DNA of 64,000 nt from Acinetobacter phage Acj61, in the sequence record GU911519.1. One strand, given 5' to 3'. The notes beneath the pieces are model-generated. The model made no database searches, was not told the DNA's origin, and was given only the letters and a program-made list of their open reading frames with translations. The translations under genes and the position numbers were made by a program. Below, piece after piece: positions 25,453-36,571 of this stretch (position 1 is the stretch's first letter; each line of letters begins with the position of its first letter).

Positions 25453-27402
25453 ATGGCAACTGAACCACAAAAATGGACTAACGGACAATTACAACGTACC
25501 GTAAATGCTATTCCCGAAGTGTTCATCGGAGCAACATTCGAAGAAATCAAATTAGCACTGACAAACTGGCTGAGTGGCCAAGAAGAATTCAAAGACTATG
25601 ATTTCGCTGGCTCTCGAATCAACGTGTTACTTGATCTATTAGCATACAACACATTGTACATCCAACAATTCTCAAACACTGCAGTTTATGAATCATTCTT
25701 GCGTACAGCAAACATGCGTTCGTCAGTTATTCAGGCTGCACAAGACAATTCATACTTACCATCTGGCTTGACAGGTGCTAAGACAAGTCTTCAACTTCGT
25801 GTATCGAACTCGTTGAATCCAAACAACATTCGAATTCCACGTGGTACAAAATTCTTGGCGTATGCTCGAGAAACTAGTGCCGATCCATATCCATTTGTTG
25901 TAACTGAAGAAGTAACAGCAGTAAAAGATTTAGCAAATGAATATTGGCCAATCGTTCGTCTTGCTCAAGGACGTATCGTTCGTACTGAATCATTATTCAA
26001 ACGCAAAGACCCAATCATCATTCGTGATGAGAATATTGACCGAAATCAAGTTCGAGTTTTTGTTGATGGTAAAGAATGGGCTAACTGGACTCACAAGTCA
26101 ATGGTCAATGCTGGTTCAACTTCAACAATTTACTACATTCGTGAAACAGTCGATGGCTTTACAGAAATCTACTTTGGTGAAGGTGAAGCATCTATCGCTG
26201 CTGCAGGCGGTGTGTTACAAGCCAATTACATTGGTGGTTTGAAGCCAATCGAAAATAGTTCAATCGTTGTTGAATATCTACGTACTGATGGCGCTAAAGC
26301 AAATGGTGCTACAGATTTCACTTATGCTGATACTTTGCAGTACATCACAGTGAATGAAGTACTTGAGAACTATAACAATGACAAAGATTATGTTGGTGCT
26401 GATGGCGGTGGTGACCCAGAAGATATCGAACGTATTCGTGAAATGGCAGCAATCAAACGTGAAGCTCAAATGCGATGTGTAACAGCATCTGATTATGATG
26501 CATTCGTTTCTGAACGATTCGGTTCAATTGTGCAAGCAATTCAAACCTTCACAGACAATGACAAGCCTGGTTATGCATTCATTGCTATCAAACCGAAGTC
26601 TGGATTGTACTTGACTGCTGTACAACGTGAAGACATGCAAAACTACTTGAAAGAGTACAATTTAGCACCAATCACGCCTTCAGTTATTTCACCAAACTAC
26701 TTGTTCATCAAGCATGAAATTGACGTGACCTATGCGATCAATAAATTGCAAGAATCAGAACAGTGGCTCAACTCAAAAATTATCGATCAGATCGATCGCT
26801 ATTACATTGATGATGTTGAGATGTTCAACAAATCGTTTGCTAAATCGAAAATGTTGACATACGTCGATAATGCTGACCATTCGATCATTGGTTCATCAGC
26901 ACGCATCAGTTTGGTTCGTGAAATCTCTAACTTCTTTGTGACACCAGAATCAGGGATTAAATACTATAATCGAGTTAAGTCTCGTTCAATCACATCAAAC
27001 GAATTCCCATTTAGTCCTGGACTCGACAATGACTATTACAACGTCAAAATCGTTTCAACTGATGCTAACAACGAAGGCAAAGGTAAAATTCTAATTGGTC
27101 CATTCATCCCAGGTGACATCAAAGTTAAAGCGCCTTATCAGGGAAATGACTTTAATCGTGAACCATTAAATGCACAACGTGATTACTTCGAAATCGGTGA
27201 AGTGGATTATGTACGTGACTACATTTATTGGAACATTGCTGCTATTGATATGACATCTGATCGTTTCGAAGTACAGCAAATTGAATTGTCAAGTACACCT
27301 GACGATGACAACATCTTTACTCGAGATGGTTCTTTGATCGTGTTTGAGAACGACTTACGTCCACAATACACAACAATTAATTTAGAGGCAGTAACACAAT
27401 GA
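25453..27402 (+). CDS. 6: gp6 baseplate wedge protein (649 aa)
   Basis: Size (T4 660 aa) and synteny. Confidence 0.8.
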   Translation: MATEPQKWTNGQLQRTVNAIPEVFIGATFEEIKLALTNWLSGQEEFKDYDFAGSRINVLLDLLAYNTLYIQQFSNTAVYESFLRTANMRSSVIQAAQDNSYLPSGLTGAKTSLQLRVSNSLNPNNIRIPRGTKFLAYARETSADPYPFVVTEEVTAVKDLANEYWPIVRLAQGRIVRTESLFKRKDPIIIRDENIDRNQVRVFVDGKEWANWTHKSMVNAGSTSTIYYIRETVDGFTEIYFGEGEASIAAAGGVLQANYIGGLKPIENSSIVVEYLRTDGAKANGATDFTYADTLQYITVNEVLENYNNDKDYVGADGGGDPEDIERIREMAAIKREAQMRCVTASDYDAFVSERFGSIVQAIQTFTDNDKPGYAFIAIKPKSGLYLTAVQREDMQNYLKEYNLAPITPSVISPNYLFIKHEIDVTYAINKLQESEQWLNSKIIDQIDRYYIDDVEMFNKSFAKSKMLTYVDNADHSIIGSSARISLVREISNFFVTPESGIKYYNRVKSRSITSNEFPFSPGLDNDYYNVKIVSTDANNEGKGKILIGPFIPGDIKVKAPYQGNDFNREPLNAQRDYFEIGEVDYVRDYIYWNIAAIDMTSDRFEVQQIELSSTPDDDNIFTRDGSLIVFENDLRPQYTTINLEAVTQ

Positions 27403-30400
27403 CAGTAAAAGCACCGAGCATCACAAGTCTCACTATCGCAAAACTATCTGCCACAAGCGTTAGTTTGAAGTGGGACGAGGTCGGTGAAAACTTTTATTAC
27501 TTTGTTGAAGTAGCTAAGACACGTGAGCCAGGAAATATTTCTTGGCAATCACTTGGCTATACAAGTGATAACTTTTGGTTTTCATCAGATTTAGCCAAAT
27601 TGACATACTACAAATTCCGAATTGCGGTAGGTGCTGAAGGGTTTGAACAGAGTGATTGGGTAGAGACAGAAGAACTCCAAACTTTTGAGCAAAATGCTTA
27701 CACATTCGAATTGATGAACGAGTTGACTCTCAATAAGACATTCATCAATGAAAAATTCTTGAAAGGCAACAATTCATACGTTGACTTTAATCGTGACGTT
27801 ATCTGGGCTGCATTGACGAACGAACAGTTCACATACTCAGACGGATACTCACATATTTCTCAAATGTCCAACTTCATCATTAAAGAGAACGAGTACCACG
27901 AAATTCAAGGTTCGATTCAAAAAGTCTGTAAGGACTTAGAACGCATGTACTTGATGGAAGATGATGGCGTTCTCTACTTGTTTGAACGTTGGCAAGGTCT
28001 TGTTAAAGTATCAAACGACAAAGGACAGAACTGGCAAGCAGTTAAATTGCTTAATGATCGAGTTGGCTGGCCATTGTCACAAACTGTGTTCTATCAAACA
28101 TCAAGCACAAACTATGTACTTGGCTGGGATCGAATTTTCTATGGTCGAAAATCAACTGACACTCGTTGGTCATCTGATGAAGTTCGATTCAGCGCTGAGG
28201 ACATCACATTTGCTAAGAAAGGCGATACGCTAAAACTTGGTTTTGATGTGAATATTTTTGGTACATATGCACGCTTGCCGGGTGATGTGTCACAAATCGC
28301 TGAAGCTATTACAGCAAACGATGATTACATTTATGTTGTAGCACGTGACAAAGTACGTTTTGCAAAAGCTAAAAATGCTCCAATCGACACTGATCCGTTG
28401 AGTTCTACTTTTGGTGAAAAATTATTCGAAGATGAATCTCATACAATCACCGGCAACCCTAAAGTTGTCACATGGAAAATGGACTCTGTTGAAGGACGTG
28501 TGTTTGCACTCGTTATTGGCGAAATGGAACAAGCTGGTCAAGACCCTCGTAAGTTTCCAATTCTCGATTCTCTTGACAAAGGCGTCTACATCTTAGAAGA
28601 TCATGATACCGGCAAATGGACCCGTGTGTTTGGTAACACAGAAGAAGAGCGTCGTCGTATTGAGCTTGGCTATACAAACATGTCTTGCGACAACAAAGAA
28701 ATCTTCATTTCTTCAAGCAACTACAAAATTCTTGACAAAGATTTAGTACCTGACACTGAATTGCCTGCGAAATATCCTGGCGTTGTTTCAAGTGCTGTTA
28801 AGCCTTTAATCGAACAGCAATTCTTACATGACAAACATTATTTGATGATGTCATTCCGAGCTAATGGATTTGATGGCTGGGATAAATGGAAGCCTGGACG
28901 CATGCGTTATTATGCTGAACCATTTTTCTCTAAGTGCACAAACTCTGGTACTCGTTGTTGGGTAAACAATGATTGGCGAGTTGTTATGGTCTATTCAGAC
29001 GTAGAACACTCATATGCTATTGACCCAGCATCAATCAGTTCACCTGATCGTGTCATGAAAGAAGTTTGGAAAGCAGGTGACTGTACTGTCATTTCACCTA
29101 ACGTCGAATTCAAGAACTTCACTCAATACGCAAGTGGTGTAATGTTCTATCGATATTCTGGTGAGCTCATTGGTTACTACGAATTCAATTATCGAGTAAA
29201 AGATAACGTTCGTATTGTTTGGAAGCCTTCTAACGTCATGTTACGTGCTTACTTGCAAAATCAAGAGTGGCCTACTGAATGGAAGCCAGATGACGAAGGT
29301 GGATACAACAATCCTGACTTACGTCCATTCTTGACTAAAATGATTCCAGATAGCTACTTGCTTGAAGATTCAAATTTCGAGAAATTCTGTCAATATTACC
29401 TTCAATACTTGTCAGATGGCTATGGCACATCATACAATAACTTGGTGAATTTGATTCGTGACAAGTATCCTAAAGAGAAGCACTCTTGGGAGTACATGTG
29501 GTCAGAAATTTATAAGCGTAACATCTATTTGAACAAAGACAAACGTGACCTCGTATCTCGATTCTTTGAGACTCGTAAAAACGATTTCTATTCAACTAAA
29601 GGTGTTGAAGCATCATATAAATTCTTGTTTAAAGCATTGTACAACGAAGATGTTGAAATCGATATTGAGTCTAACAACGGGCTTGAATACGACATCATCG
29701 TGCAGTCTGACAACATCACAGAAGATTTAGCAGGTCGAACTATCTACACACCTACTGGTCGTTCAAACGTTACATACATCGAGCGTCACTATGCCAAAGG
29801 TAAGCTTCAATGGCGATTAACGATTCACAACTTGATGGGACGCTTCTTAGCTGGTCAAGAAATCAAGTCAGAACGAACTAATTTTGAAGGAATGATTGTT
29901 CAAGGTGTACGTGGTAAAGACATGTCATCTAACACAATCGAGTACATCAACCGTAGTCGTGCTTACTATGTGATGAAAATCAAATCTCAATTACCAACTT
30001 CGCGTTATCGTGATGACGTACTTCGATTCGTTCATCCAGTTGGATTCGGCTTCATTGGTATCACATTATTGACTATGTTCATTAATGCTGGTCTGAGCCT
30101 TAAACATGTTGAGACGATCATCAACACATACAAAAACTATCGTTGGGATTCTGGGTTGCCATCTCATTATCCAGATCGAGTTGCTGTTATTGGTCCAAAT
30201 GGCAAGATCGAACATGACATCACAACAGGTGAGCCGATTTATTCTCCTACAGGTCGTGAAGATGAAGAATTCCCACTTCGTCCTGACTACATGAGCATAA
30301 ATAATACTACATACTATGGGCTAGATGCTGATCAACGACGTAGACCTATGAGTCCACTATTTGATCAAAGTGCTGTTACTTTCTCTAAGTTCAGAGCTTT

Positions 30401-30479
30401 GGTTGATTTACGACTTAAGTCAAACATCGGAAATCCACGTGACCCAGAACATCCAACACAGGTAAAAGTAGATGAATGA
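27399..30479 (+). CDS. 7: gp7 baseplate wedge protein (1026 aa)
   Basis: Size (T4 1032 aa) and synteny. Confidence 0.8.
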   Translation: MTVKAPSITSLTIAKLSATSVSLKWDEVGENFYYFVEVAKTREPGNISWQSLGYTSDNFWFSSDLAKLTYYKFRIAVGAEGFEQSDWVETEELQTFEQNAYTFELMNELTLNKTFINEKFLKGNNSYVDFNRDVIWAALTNEQFTYSDGYSHISQMSNFIIKENEYHEIQGSIQKVCKDLERMYLMEDDGVLYLFERWQGLVKVSNDKGQNWQAVKLLNDRVGWPLSQTVFYQTSSTNYVLGWDRIFYGRKSTDTRWSSDEVRFSAEDITFAKKGDTLKLGFDVNIFGTYARLPGDVSQIAEAITANDDYIYVVARDKVRFAKAKNAPIDTDPLSSTFGEKLFEDESHTITGNPKVVTWKMDSVEGRVFALVIGEMEQAGQDPRKFPILDSLDKGVYILEDHDTGKWTRVFGNTEEERRRIELGYTNMSCDNKEIFISSSNYKILDKDLVPDTELPAKYPGVVSSAVKPLIEQQFLHDKHYLMMSFRANGFDGWDKWKPGRMRYYAEPFFSKCTNSGTRCWVNNDWRVVMVYSDVEHSYAIDPASISSPDRVMKEVWKAGDCTVISPNVEFKNFTQYASGVMFYRYSGELIGYYEFNYRVKDNVRIVWKPSNVMLRAYLQNQEWPTEWKPDDEGGYNNPDLRPFLTKMIPDSYLLEDSNFEKFCQYYLQYLSDGYGTSYNNLVNLIRDKYPKEKHSWEYMWSEIYKRNIYLNKDKRDLVSRFFETRKNDFYSTKGVEASYKFLFKALYNEDVEIDIESNNGLEYDIIVQSDNITEDLAGRTIYTPTGRSNVTYIERHYAKGKLQWRLTIHNLMGRFLAGQEIKSERTNFEGMIVQGVRGKDMSSNTIEYINRSRAYYVMKIKSQLPTSRYRDDVLRFVHPVGFGFIGITLLTMFINAGLSLKHVETIINTYKNYRWDSGLPSHYPDRVAVIGPNGKIEHDITTGEPIYSPTGREDEEFPLRPDYMSINNTTYYGLDADQRRRPMSPLFDQSAVTFSKFRALVDLRLKSNIGNPRDPEHPTQVKVDE

Positions 30480-31476
30480 TTCAAGCGTAGTTTATCGTGC
30501 CATTATCACCTCAAAATTTCGTACTGAAAAGATGCTAAATTTTTATCAGACGATCGGTAATGGTGCTGACAAAAATTCAATTTACTTGTCATTTGGACGA
30601 GATACACCTTGGGCCTCAAACGAGAACGATCCTGGATTTGCACCGCCTTATCCAGTCGATAATACTCGAGGCGTTGAAGATGTATGGACTAATATGCTTG
30701 GAGCAGTGAAAGTTAATCAATCACTGCTCGATGCAGTTATTCCTCGTAAAGATTGGGGTGACGTTCGTTACTCCAATTCTCGTACATTCCAAATCGGCGA
30801 GATTATTGTCACAAACACTGCACCGTACAACCGAGTTACAGGTGCTGAAGGATGGCTCGTGTATCGGGTTGTCGATGTTCCAAGTCTCGGTGTATGTTCG
30901 ATTGGTTCAATTACCGACAAAGGTGAATGTATCAAGCTCGGTGGAAAATGGACTACTTCCGTTGAGTCTCGTTTTGCTCCAAGTGGACGTGGTGACACAG
31001 AAGGAATGGTAGACACTGGTGATGGCTATCTATGGGAATACTTGTATGAGATTCCACCTGACGTTTCAATCAACCGCTGTACAAATGAACACATCGTTGT
31101 GCCATGGCCTGATGAACTCGGTAGTGACCCTGCTCGTTGGGGTTATCAGCACAATTTATCATGGCAACAAAATGATTTTGGATTGATTTTCCGAATCAAA
31201 GCAGTTTCAATGCGATTTAAAGCATTCTTTGACTCAGTACATTTCCCTAACGCATCTGTGCTTGGTAACAAAGGCTTCCGTCAATTATCTATGATTGTCA
31301 ATCCATTTGAAGCAAAAGCAAAACCTACTGACCCTAACGTGAAAGCAGAAAAAGAAAATTATTCTGCAAATCAATTGTTCCGTCATTCAGGTGAAATGGT
31401 CTACATTGAGAATCGACAACCAATCGTTCGCTCTATGGACCAGACAGAAGAAATAAACATTATTTTTGAATTCTAA
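30472..31476 (+). CDS. 8: gp8 baseplate wedge protein (334 aa)
   Basis: Size identical to T4 gp8, synteny, 8-nt overlap with gene 7. Confidence 0.75.
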   Translation: MNDSSVVYRAIITSKFRTEKMLNFYQTIGNGADKNSIYLSFGRDTPWASNENDPGFAPPYPVDNTRGVEDVWTNMLGAVKVNQSLLDAVIPRKDWGDVRYSNSRTFQIGEIIVTNTAPYNRVTGAEGWLVYRVVDVPSLGVCSIGSITDKGECIKLGGKWTTSVESRFAPSGRGDTEGMVDTGDGYLWEYLYEIPPDVSINRCTNEHIVVPWPDELGSDPARWGYQHNLSWQQNDFGLIFRIKAVSMRFKAFFDSVHFPNASVLGNKGFRQLSMIVNPFEAKAKPTDPNVKAEKENYSANQLFRHSGEMVYIENRQPIVRSMDQTEEINIIFEF

Positions 31477-31506
31477 GTTATTGATTTATAAAGGATTTTT
31501 ATTAGA

Positions 31507-31650
31507 ATGTATAATTTTACTTACTTAACTACTAATTTGATTAATGGCAAGATGTATTATGGCGTGCATTCTACTAAAAACATTAATGACGGGTATATAG
31601 GGTCTGGAAAGGCCCTTAAACTAGCAATACAAATCATGCAAAGGTTTTGA
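31507..31650 (+). pseudogene. GIY-YIG homing endonuclease N-terminal remnant (47 codons)
   Basis: Translates to 'MYNFTYLTTNLINGKMYYGVHSTKNINDGYIGSGKALKLAIQIMQRF*', matching the N-termini of the two full seg-like genes. Confidence 0.6.
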
Positions 31651-31670
31651 ATGGCATTACATATAAAGGA

Positions 31671-31699
31671 AAAGGAGCCCAGTGCTCCTTTTCGTTTTT
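31671..31699 (+). terminator. intrinsic terminator after gene 8 and the endonuclease remnant
   Basis: AAGGAGC-CCAGT-GCTCCTT followed by TTCGTTTTT. Confidence 0.6.
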
Positions 31700-31707
31700 G
31701 TATAAAT
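31700..31707 (+). promoter_or_regulatory. late promoter TATAAATA for gene 9
   Basis: Exact TATAAATA 22 nt upstream of the ATG. Confidence 0.6.
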
Positions 31708-31729
31708 AATAAAATTAAGAGGATTTCCT

Positions 31730-32608
31730 ATGATCAATCAAGAAGTAAAGCAATACATTGACGTTGGTGAAATCGGTAACGCATCTACTGGCGACATCTT
31801 ATATGATGGTGGTGTCAAAATCAACCACAACTTCGACAGTGTCTACAATGCTTTCGGTGATCAACGCTTAGGTTCTGTAGGACACGGCGAAGGACATCAA
31901 ACCATCCATGCTACCGGCTACTACCAAAAAGTTACTCAACATGATTTTCGTACTCCAATTGGCTTAGGTACAATGTGGGATGTCGATACGACAACTGGCG
32001 CTGCAAGCCCAATGATCGTTGAAGGAAAACCAGGTGAATGCGTAGTGTTTGTGAACACAAATGGCTCATTCTCTGTCAATAGTCCACTTTCAATTGGCGT
32101 TGCTTCTGGTTCATTTGTTGGAGTTCAAGGCGCATTAAATATTACTGTACCATTTGCACGAGTCGAATGCTGGTGTATCAAGAAAGAGAATGGCGTTGCT
32201 GTTTGGGATTATTCTGTTTCGTCATTATTTGGTGACAAACAAACTCCAATCAACAAAACTGTTGCTGTTACAGGTGCCGAATCCAAAGTTCGAATTGCAC
32301 ACGTGGATGAGTACAACACAATCAAATTGATGCTAACAGCTATGAACACAAATAGTTCAAAAATGCGTCAATCCGAAATTAACTTACTGATCGAAAACAC
32401 ACCAGGTATTGAGCACACAAAGAAAAAGGTTCATGCAACTGAGTTCGCAGTTTTCCGAGTTGGAAACATCAATGAAGATGATGAGATCATCAAAATTGGA
32501 TTCGATATCGATGCGAATGGATTCGTCAATGCTGTAGTGTCATCATCAGTAGCAGGTATTAAACTTGCAATCAAGAGTATTGCAACACAGAGAGTTGGAG
32601 CTGCATAA
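31730..32608 (+). CDS. 9: gp9 baseplate wedge / long-tail-fibre socket protein (292 aa)
   Basis: Size (T4 288 aa) and synteny. Confidence 0.7.
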   Translation: MINQEVKQYIDVGEIGNASTGDILYDGGVKINHNFDSVYNAFGDQRLGSVGHGEGHQTIHATGYYQKVTQHDFRTPIGLGTMWDVDTTTGAASPMIVEGKPGECVVFVNTNGSFSVNSPLSIGVASGSFVGVQGALNITVPFARVECWCIKKENGVAVWDYSVSSLFGDKQTPINKTVAVTGAESKVRIAHVDEYNTIKLMLTAMNTNSSKMRQSEINLLIENTPGIEHTKKKVHATEFAVFRVGNINEDDEIIKIGFDIDANGFVNAVVSSSVAGIKLAIKSIATQRVGAA

Positions 32609-34410
32609 TGAAGCAAAATTTAAACGTCGGTAACATGGTCGATGATGGTACAGGTGACTACCTACGTGAAGGTGGTTTGAAGCTCAATAACAACTTCGAT
32701 GACTTGTATTTTGAACTCGGTGATGGGACTAATCCACATCCAGCTGGTGCTTGGAAAACTACAAAATCAAATGTGGTAACTGCTGCATTTGGTAAGTCAT
32801 ATGCTCTTGATACATCATCAAATGCTATCCAAGTCAAGCTTCCTAAAGGCACAACAGCTGATTACAACAAAGTAATTCGTATTCGTGACGTGTTCGGTAC
32901 ATGGCAGACTAATGCTGTTACATTGACTCCTGGTTCTGGCGATACACTCAAAGGTGATGCTGGTTCTAAAGTGTTCCAAGTCAATCTTACAGACTTAGAA
33001 CTTGTCTATTGTGCTCCTGGTCGCTGGGAATACATTGCAAACAAGCAATTGAACAAAATTTCAAATGGCGACGTAGCAACAGTTATTCGTAAAGAGTACA
33101 TCGCAACAGCAGGTCAAACTGACTTTTTAGACATCTTTGGCGGTAACATGTTCAATACATCGAACACTCAAGTTTATCGTCGTGGTAACTTGTTGTTCTA
33201 TGGTGACACGTTCACTGACAATTCTGACTATGGTTCTGTAGGACCTGGTGCAACGATCACTGAACTTGATGGCGTGAATATTCGTTTGCGTACACCTTGT
33301 GAAGAAGGCGATGCATTGATTGTAATTACATACTTAGATGGAATTGCACAATGGCGTTCAACGTACAATCGTTTGTCTGCTACTCTTTTAGACATCAAAC
33401 AAACCAATGGCGTTACGAATCCTGGCTCACAAATCGTTGCTGATCTTTCAACATTGAAAGAAATCAAAGTTGCTGATCTTGGTTACGCGTTGACATCAAA
33501 CACTGGTTTGATTAACCCTAACACATTCGAAGTCTATGTCAACGGTGTTATTTTGAATGAAGCAGGTCGAGCTGGCTTACCAGTTTTCCGCTGTGAAGGT
33601 GCATCAGCACTAAACAAAGATGACTGTGAACTTCAAAATAGTGTATGGGTAGAATCTCACACAGACTATACGTTTGAACAAGATGATGCTGGTGGTATTG
33701 AAACAATCAAATTTGACCGTACTTTCGAGCATGGCGATGTATTGATGATCAAATGGTACAATAATGACATTGGTACCACAATGACTATTGATGAAATTCT
33801 TGATGTTACAGACCCTCGATACATCAACCGTGGTCCACAGATTGAATTGACAGGCACAGTACGTGTAACTGACTACAACAAACCTCAATGGCCAAACGTT
33901 GAAGCAAATGGTAACACAGTAGTTGATGTCTCATCACCATCAAATATTTTCGATTTGATTTATCCAGTCGGAACTATCTACGAAAATGCTATCAACCCAA
34001 ATAACCCTGTTACGTACATGGGCTTTGGTTCATGGAAGCTTTGGGGAGAGAAACAAGTCACTGTCGGTTGGACTCAAGATACGCAAGACACGCTCTTTGG
34101 TTTAAATAATAATGACATTGATTCAAATGGCAACCCTAGCCATACAGCTGGTGGTACTGGTGGAAATCGAAACGTCACATTGACAAACGATAACTTGCCA
34201 CGAACTCAGACTGATGAGAAAGTACTTGTCGTTGATGCAAATGGTCCTATCATTGTAGGTGGATGTCAATTCGATCCTGGTGAAAGTGGTCCTGCATACG
34301 ATAAATATCGTGAAGCAAATGCAGTTACAAATGCTACACATACTCCTCCAACTGAGATCAGTGTAGTTCAGCCATACATCACAGTTTATCGTTGGATGAG
34401 GATTTCTTAA
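32608..34410 (+). CDS. 10: gp10 baseplate wedge / short-tail-fibre attachment protein (600 aa)
   Basis: Size (T4 602 aa) and synteny. Confidence 0.75.
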   Translation: MKQNLNVGNMVDDGTGDYLREGGLKLNNNFDDLYFELGDGTNPHPAGAWKTTKSNVVTAAFGKSYALDTSSNAIQVKLPKGTTADYNKVIRIRDVFGTWQTNAVTLTPGSGDTLKGDAGSKVFQVNLTDLELVYCAPGRWEYIANKQLNKISNGDVATVIRKEYIATAGQTDFLDIFGGNMFNTSNTQVYRRGNLLFYGDTFTDNSDYGSVGPGATITELDGVNIRLRTPCEEGDALIVITYLDGIAQWRSTYNRLSATLLDIKQTNGVTNPGSQIVADLSTLKEIKVADLGYALTSNTGLINPNTFEVYVNGVILNEAGRAGLPVFRCEGASALNKDDCELQNSVWVESHTDYTFEQDDAGGIETIKFDRTFEHGDVLMIKWYNNDIGTTMTIDEILDVTDPRYINRGPQIELTGTVRVTDYNKPQWPNVEANGNTVVDVSSPSNIFDLIYPVGTIYENAINPNNPVTYMGFGSWKLWGEKQVTVGWTQDTQDTLFGLNNNDIDSNGNPSHTAGGTGGNRNVTLTNDNLPRTQTDEKVLVVDANGPIIVGGCQFDPGESGPAYDKYREANAVTNATHTPPTEISVVQPYITVYRWMRIS

Positions 34411-35066
34411 TGAGCAAAAATCAAACATTATCTCAAAACTCTACTCGTGATGCAAATCATCACGAGTTTACTGTCGATCAGAATAGCATCATCGTTGCTA
34501 ACACGCAGCCATATGGTGCTGTTGCAATCGAACAAGTTGCAAAAGGTGTCAATTATCCAAACGTTCAATCAGCCATCGATGACATGGCTGCTCTGTTCAT
34601 TTTGCCGGTAAACACAATTCTTACTACTTCAGATGGTATCAGCCCTGCAGGTGTATCACAAATTGATCAGTTCAAATTCACTGGAACTGTTCGTGCTGAT
34701 GGCAAAACCACAGGTCAAAAGACAATCATTAACTTCTATGGATTCTACACAGAAGTTACAATTGGCGATACCGCTGAAGAAGCTGCATCGAAGATCAAGT
34801 TCACACTTGAACAGGCTGCTCAAAAGGGAATTGCTATTGCCGAAGTTACGACTGGTGCGACACTCGACATTCTCCAATTACGTTACTCAGATTTCAAAAC
34901 TCACAATTTGAAACCTTACTCAGATCAAGGCATCACAATCACTCCAACGACCGCTACACCTGCTAAAGCTGGTTATGGTATGTGGACAAAGATTGGTACT
35001 GAAACTCGTACACTCGATGCTGCGACAGGTCCTGTAACATTCTACTACTTCCGAAGAGATAACTAA
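34410..35066 (+). CDS. 11: gp11 baseplate wedge protein (218 aa; start at the Met overlapping the gp10 stop)
   Basis: Size (T4 219 aa) and synteny. Confidence 0.7.
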   Translation: MSKNQTLSQNSTRDANHHEFTVDQNSIIVANTQPYGAVAIEQVAKGVNYPNVQSAIDDMAALFILPVNTILTTSDGISPAGVSQIDQFKFTGTVRADGKTTGQKTIINFYGFYTEVTIGDTAEEAASKIKFTLEQAAQKGIAIAEVTTGATLDILQLRYSDFKTHNLKPYSDQGITITPTTATPAKAGYGMWTKIGTETRTLDAATGPVTFYYFRRDN

Positions 35067-36571
35067 TGGCTCAAAATAATACTTTTAAGCATATTTCTGA
35101 CGAGTCAAAGTATTCGATTTTTAACCCAGCAGGGACTCAGTTCCCTGCTTCTGTTAAGAACGTTCAAGAAGCTTTGGCTCTCACATCACCTACCAGCCCA
35201 GCTACAGAGCAGGCGTATGGCGTTATCAAACTATCTACTCTTCAACAAGTTATGGATGGTACTGATGACACGACTGCTGTTACACCACTCAAGTTGAATC
35301 AACGTTTGCAATATCCTGATGCTACCACTGCTCAGAAAGGTATCATTCAAGTTGCAACAAATGATGAAGCTCTTGCTGGTACTTCAACAAATAAAGCTAT
35401 TGTTGCATCATCACTCAAATATGTTAATGATTGGAATTTCGCTAATCGTACATCAACTGAAAATGCAAATGGCGTTCTAAAACTTTCAACAGAAGCTGCT
35501 GCAAAGGCTGGTACCGACCATACAACAGCAATGACTCCATTACGAGTTCATCAAGCTATTGCCGAAGCAACTAAACTTATCCCGTCATATACGACAGCAA
35601 CTGAAACTGTCGCAGGTCTTGTTCAGTTGGCAACAGCAGGTCAAGTCCAACAAGGTACTTTACGAGCAGGCGTAGCTGTTTCTCCATACTCATTAGCTCA
35701 ATTGACCGGTAATGATACACGTCGTGGTATTGTTCAGGCTGCAACTTTGGCTCAAGCTAATGCTGGTACTGATCACGGAGTATACATCTCTGCTGCTGGA
35801 TTCCGAAATTTCAATGCCACAATCAACACATTTGGTACAGTCAAATTAACTGACGTTCCGGGTCAAGGTGGAGCTGGTACTGCATTGAGTTCAAATGCAC
35901 AAGTACTTCGATTGGCTGAAGGTTCTCAAACTGTTACAGGTAATGTAAACATCAATGGTGCTCTGTCTGAAAATGGCAAACGTTTGGTAAATGAAGACAT
36001 CTTAGATGATCATATGCCTATCGGTGCTGTTATGATGTGGACTGCTGATACATTGCCAAGTTCAAAATGGGCTATTTGTGATGGCGGTTCAGAGAACAAA
36101 GATACCCGAGCTATTTTGTTCCAGCGTATTGGATACAAGTATGGCGGTGGTGGCAACTTGTTCAAACGCCCTGACTTGCGTGGTCTTTTTGTACGTGGTG
36201 CTGGCACGGGCCAAGACATCTTGGATGCACGCGGATATGACAATAAAAATAAACCTCTTTTAGGTAATGGTTGTGATGGCGGTTACCTAGGACAAGTTCA
36301 AAAGCAACAGATTGCTGAACACAAACACGCAACCGGTTGGGGAGAACGATACACCGGTAATGAAGCACGATATGGACGATCTGCTGGTACAGGCTACTAT
36401 GGTTCTGCGAAATCCGACTGGGACAACTTCATGTACTTCACAAACGACGGATACGAAATCGACGCTGACTGGCAACGAAGCGAAGTAAGTACATTAAACC
36501 GTAAAGATTTGATTGGTACTGAAGTTCGTCCATGGAATATGTCTCTTTATTACATTATCAAGGTAGCTTAA
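35066..36571 (+). CDS. 12: gp12 short tail fibre (501 aa)
   Basis: Size and synteny. Ala/Thr/Gly-rich repeats and a C-terminal His-containing head. Confidence 0.8.
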   Translation: MAQNNTFKHISDESKYSIFNPAGTQFPASVKNVQEALALTSPTSPATEQAYGVIKLSTLQQVMDGTDDTTAVTPLKLNQRLQYPDATTAQKGIIQVATNDEALAGTSTNKAIVASSLKYVNDWNFANRTSTENANGVLKLSTEAAAKAGTDHTTAMTPLRVHQAIAEATKLIPSYTTATETVAGLVQLATAGQVQQGTLRAGVAVSPYSLAQLTGNDTRRGIVQAATLAQANAGTDHGVYISAAGFRNFNATINTFGTVKLTDVPGQGGAGTALSSNAQVLRLAEGSQTVTGNVNINGALSENGKRLVNEDILDDHMPIGAVMMWTADTLPSSKWAICDGGSENKDTRAILFQRIGYKYGGGGNLFKRPDLRGLFVRGAGTGQDILDARGYDNKNKPLLGNGCDGGYLGQVQKQQIAEHKHATGWGERYTGNEARYGRSAGTGYYGSAKSDWDNFMYFTNDGYEIDADWQRSEVSTLNRKDLIGTEVRPWNMSLYYIIKVA

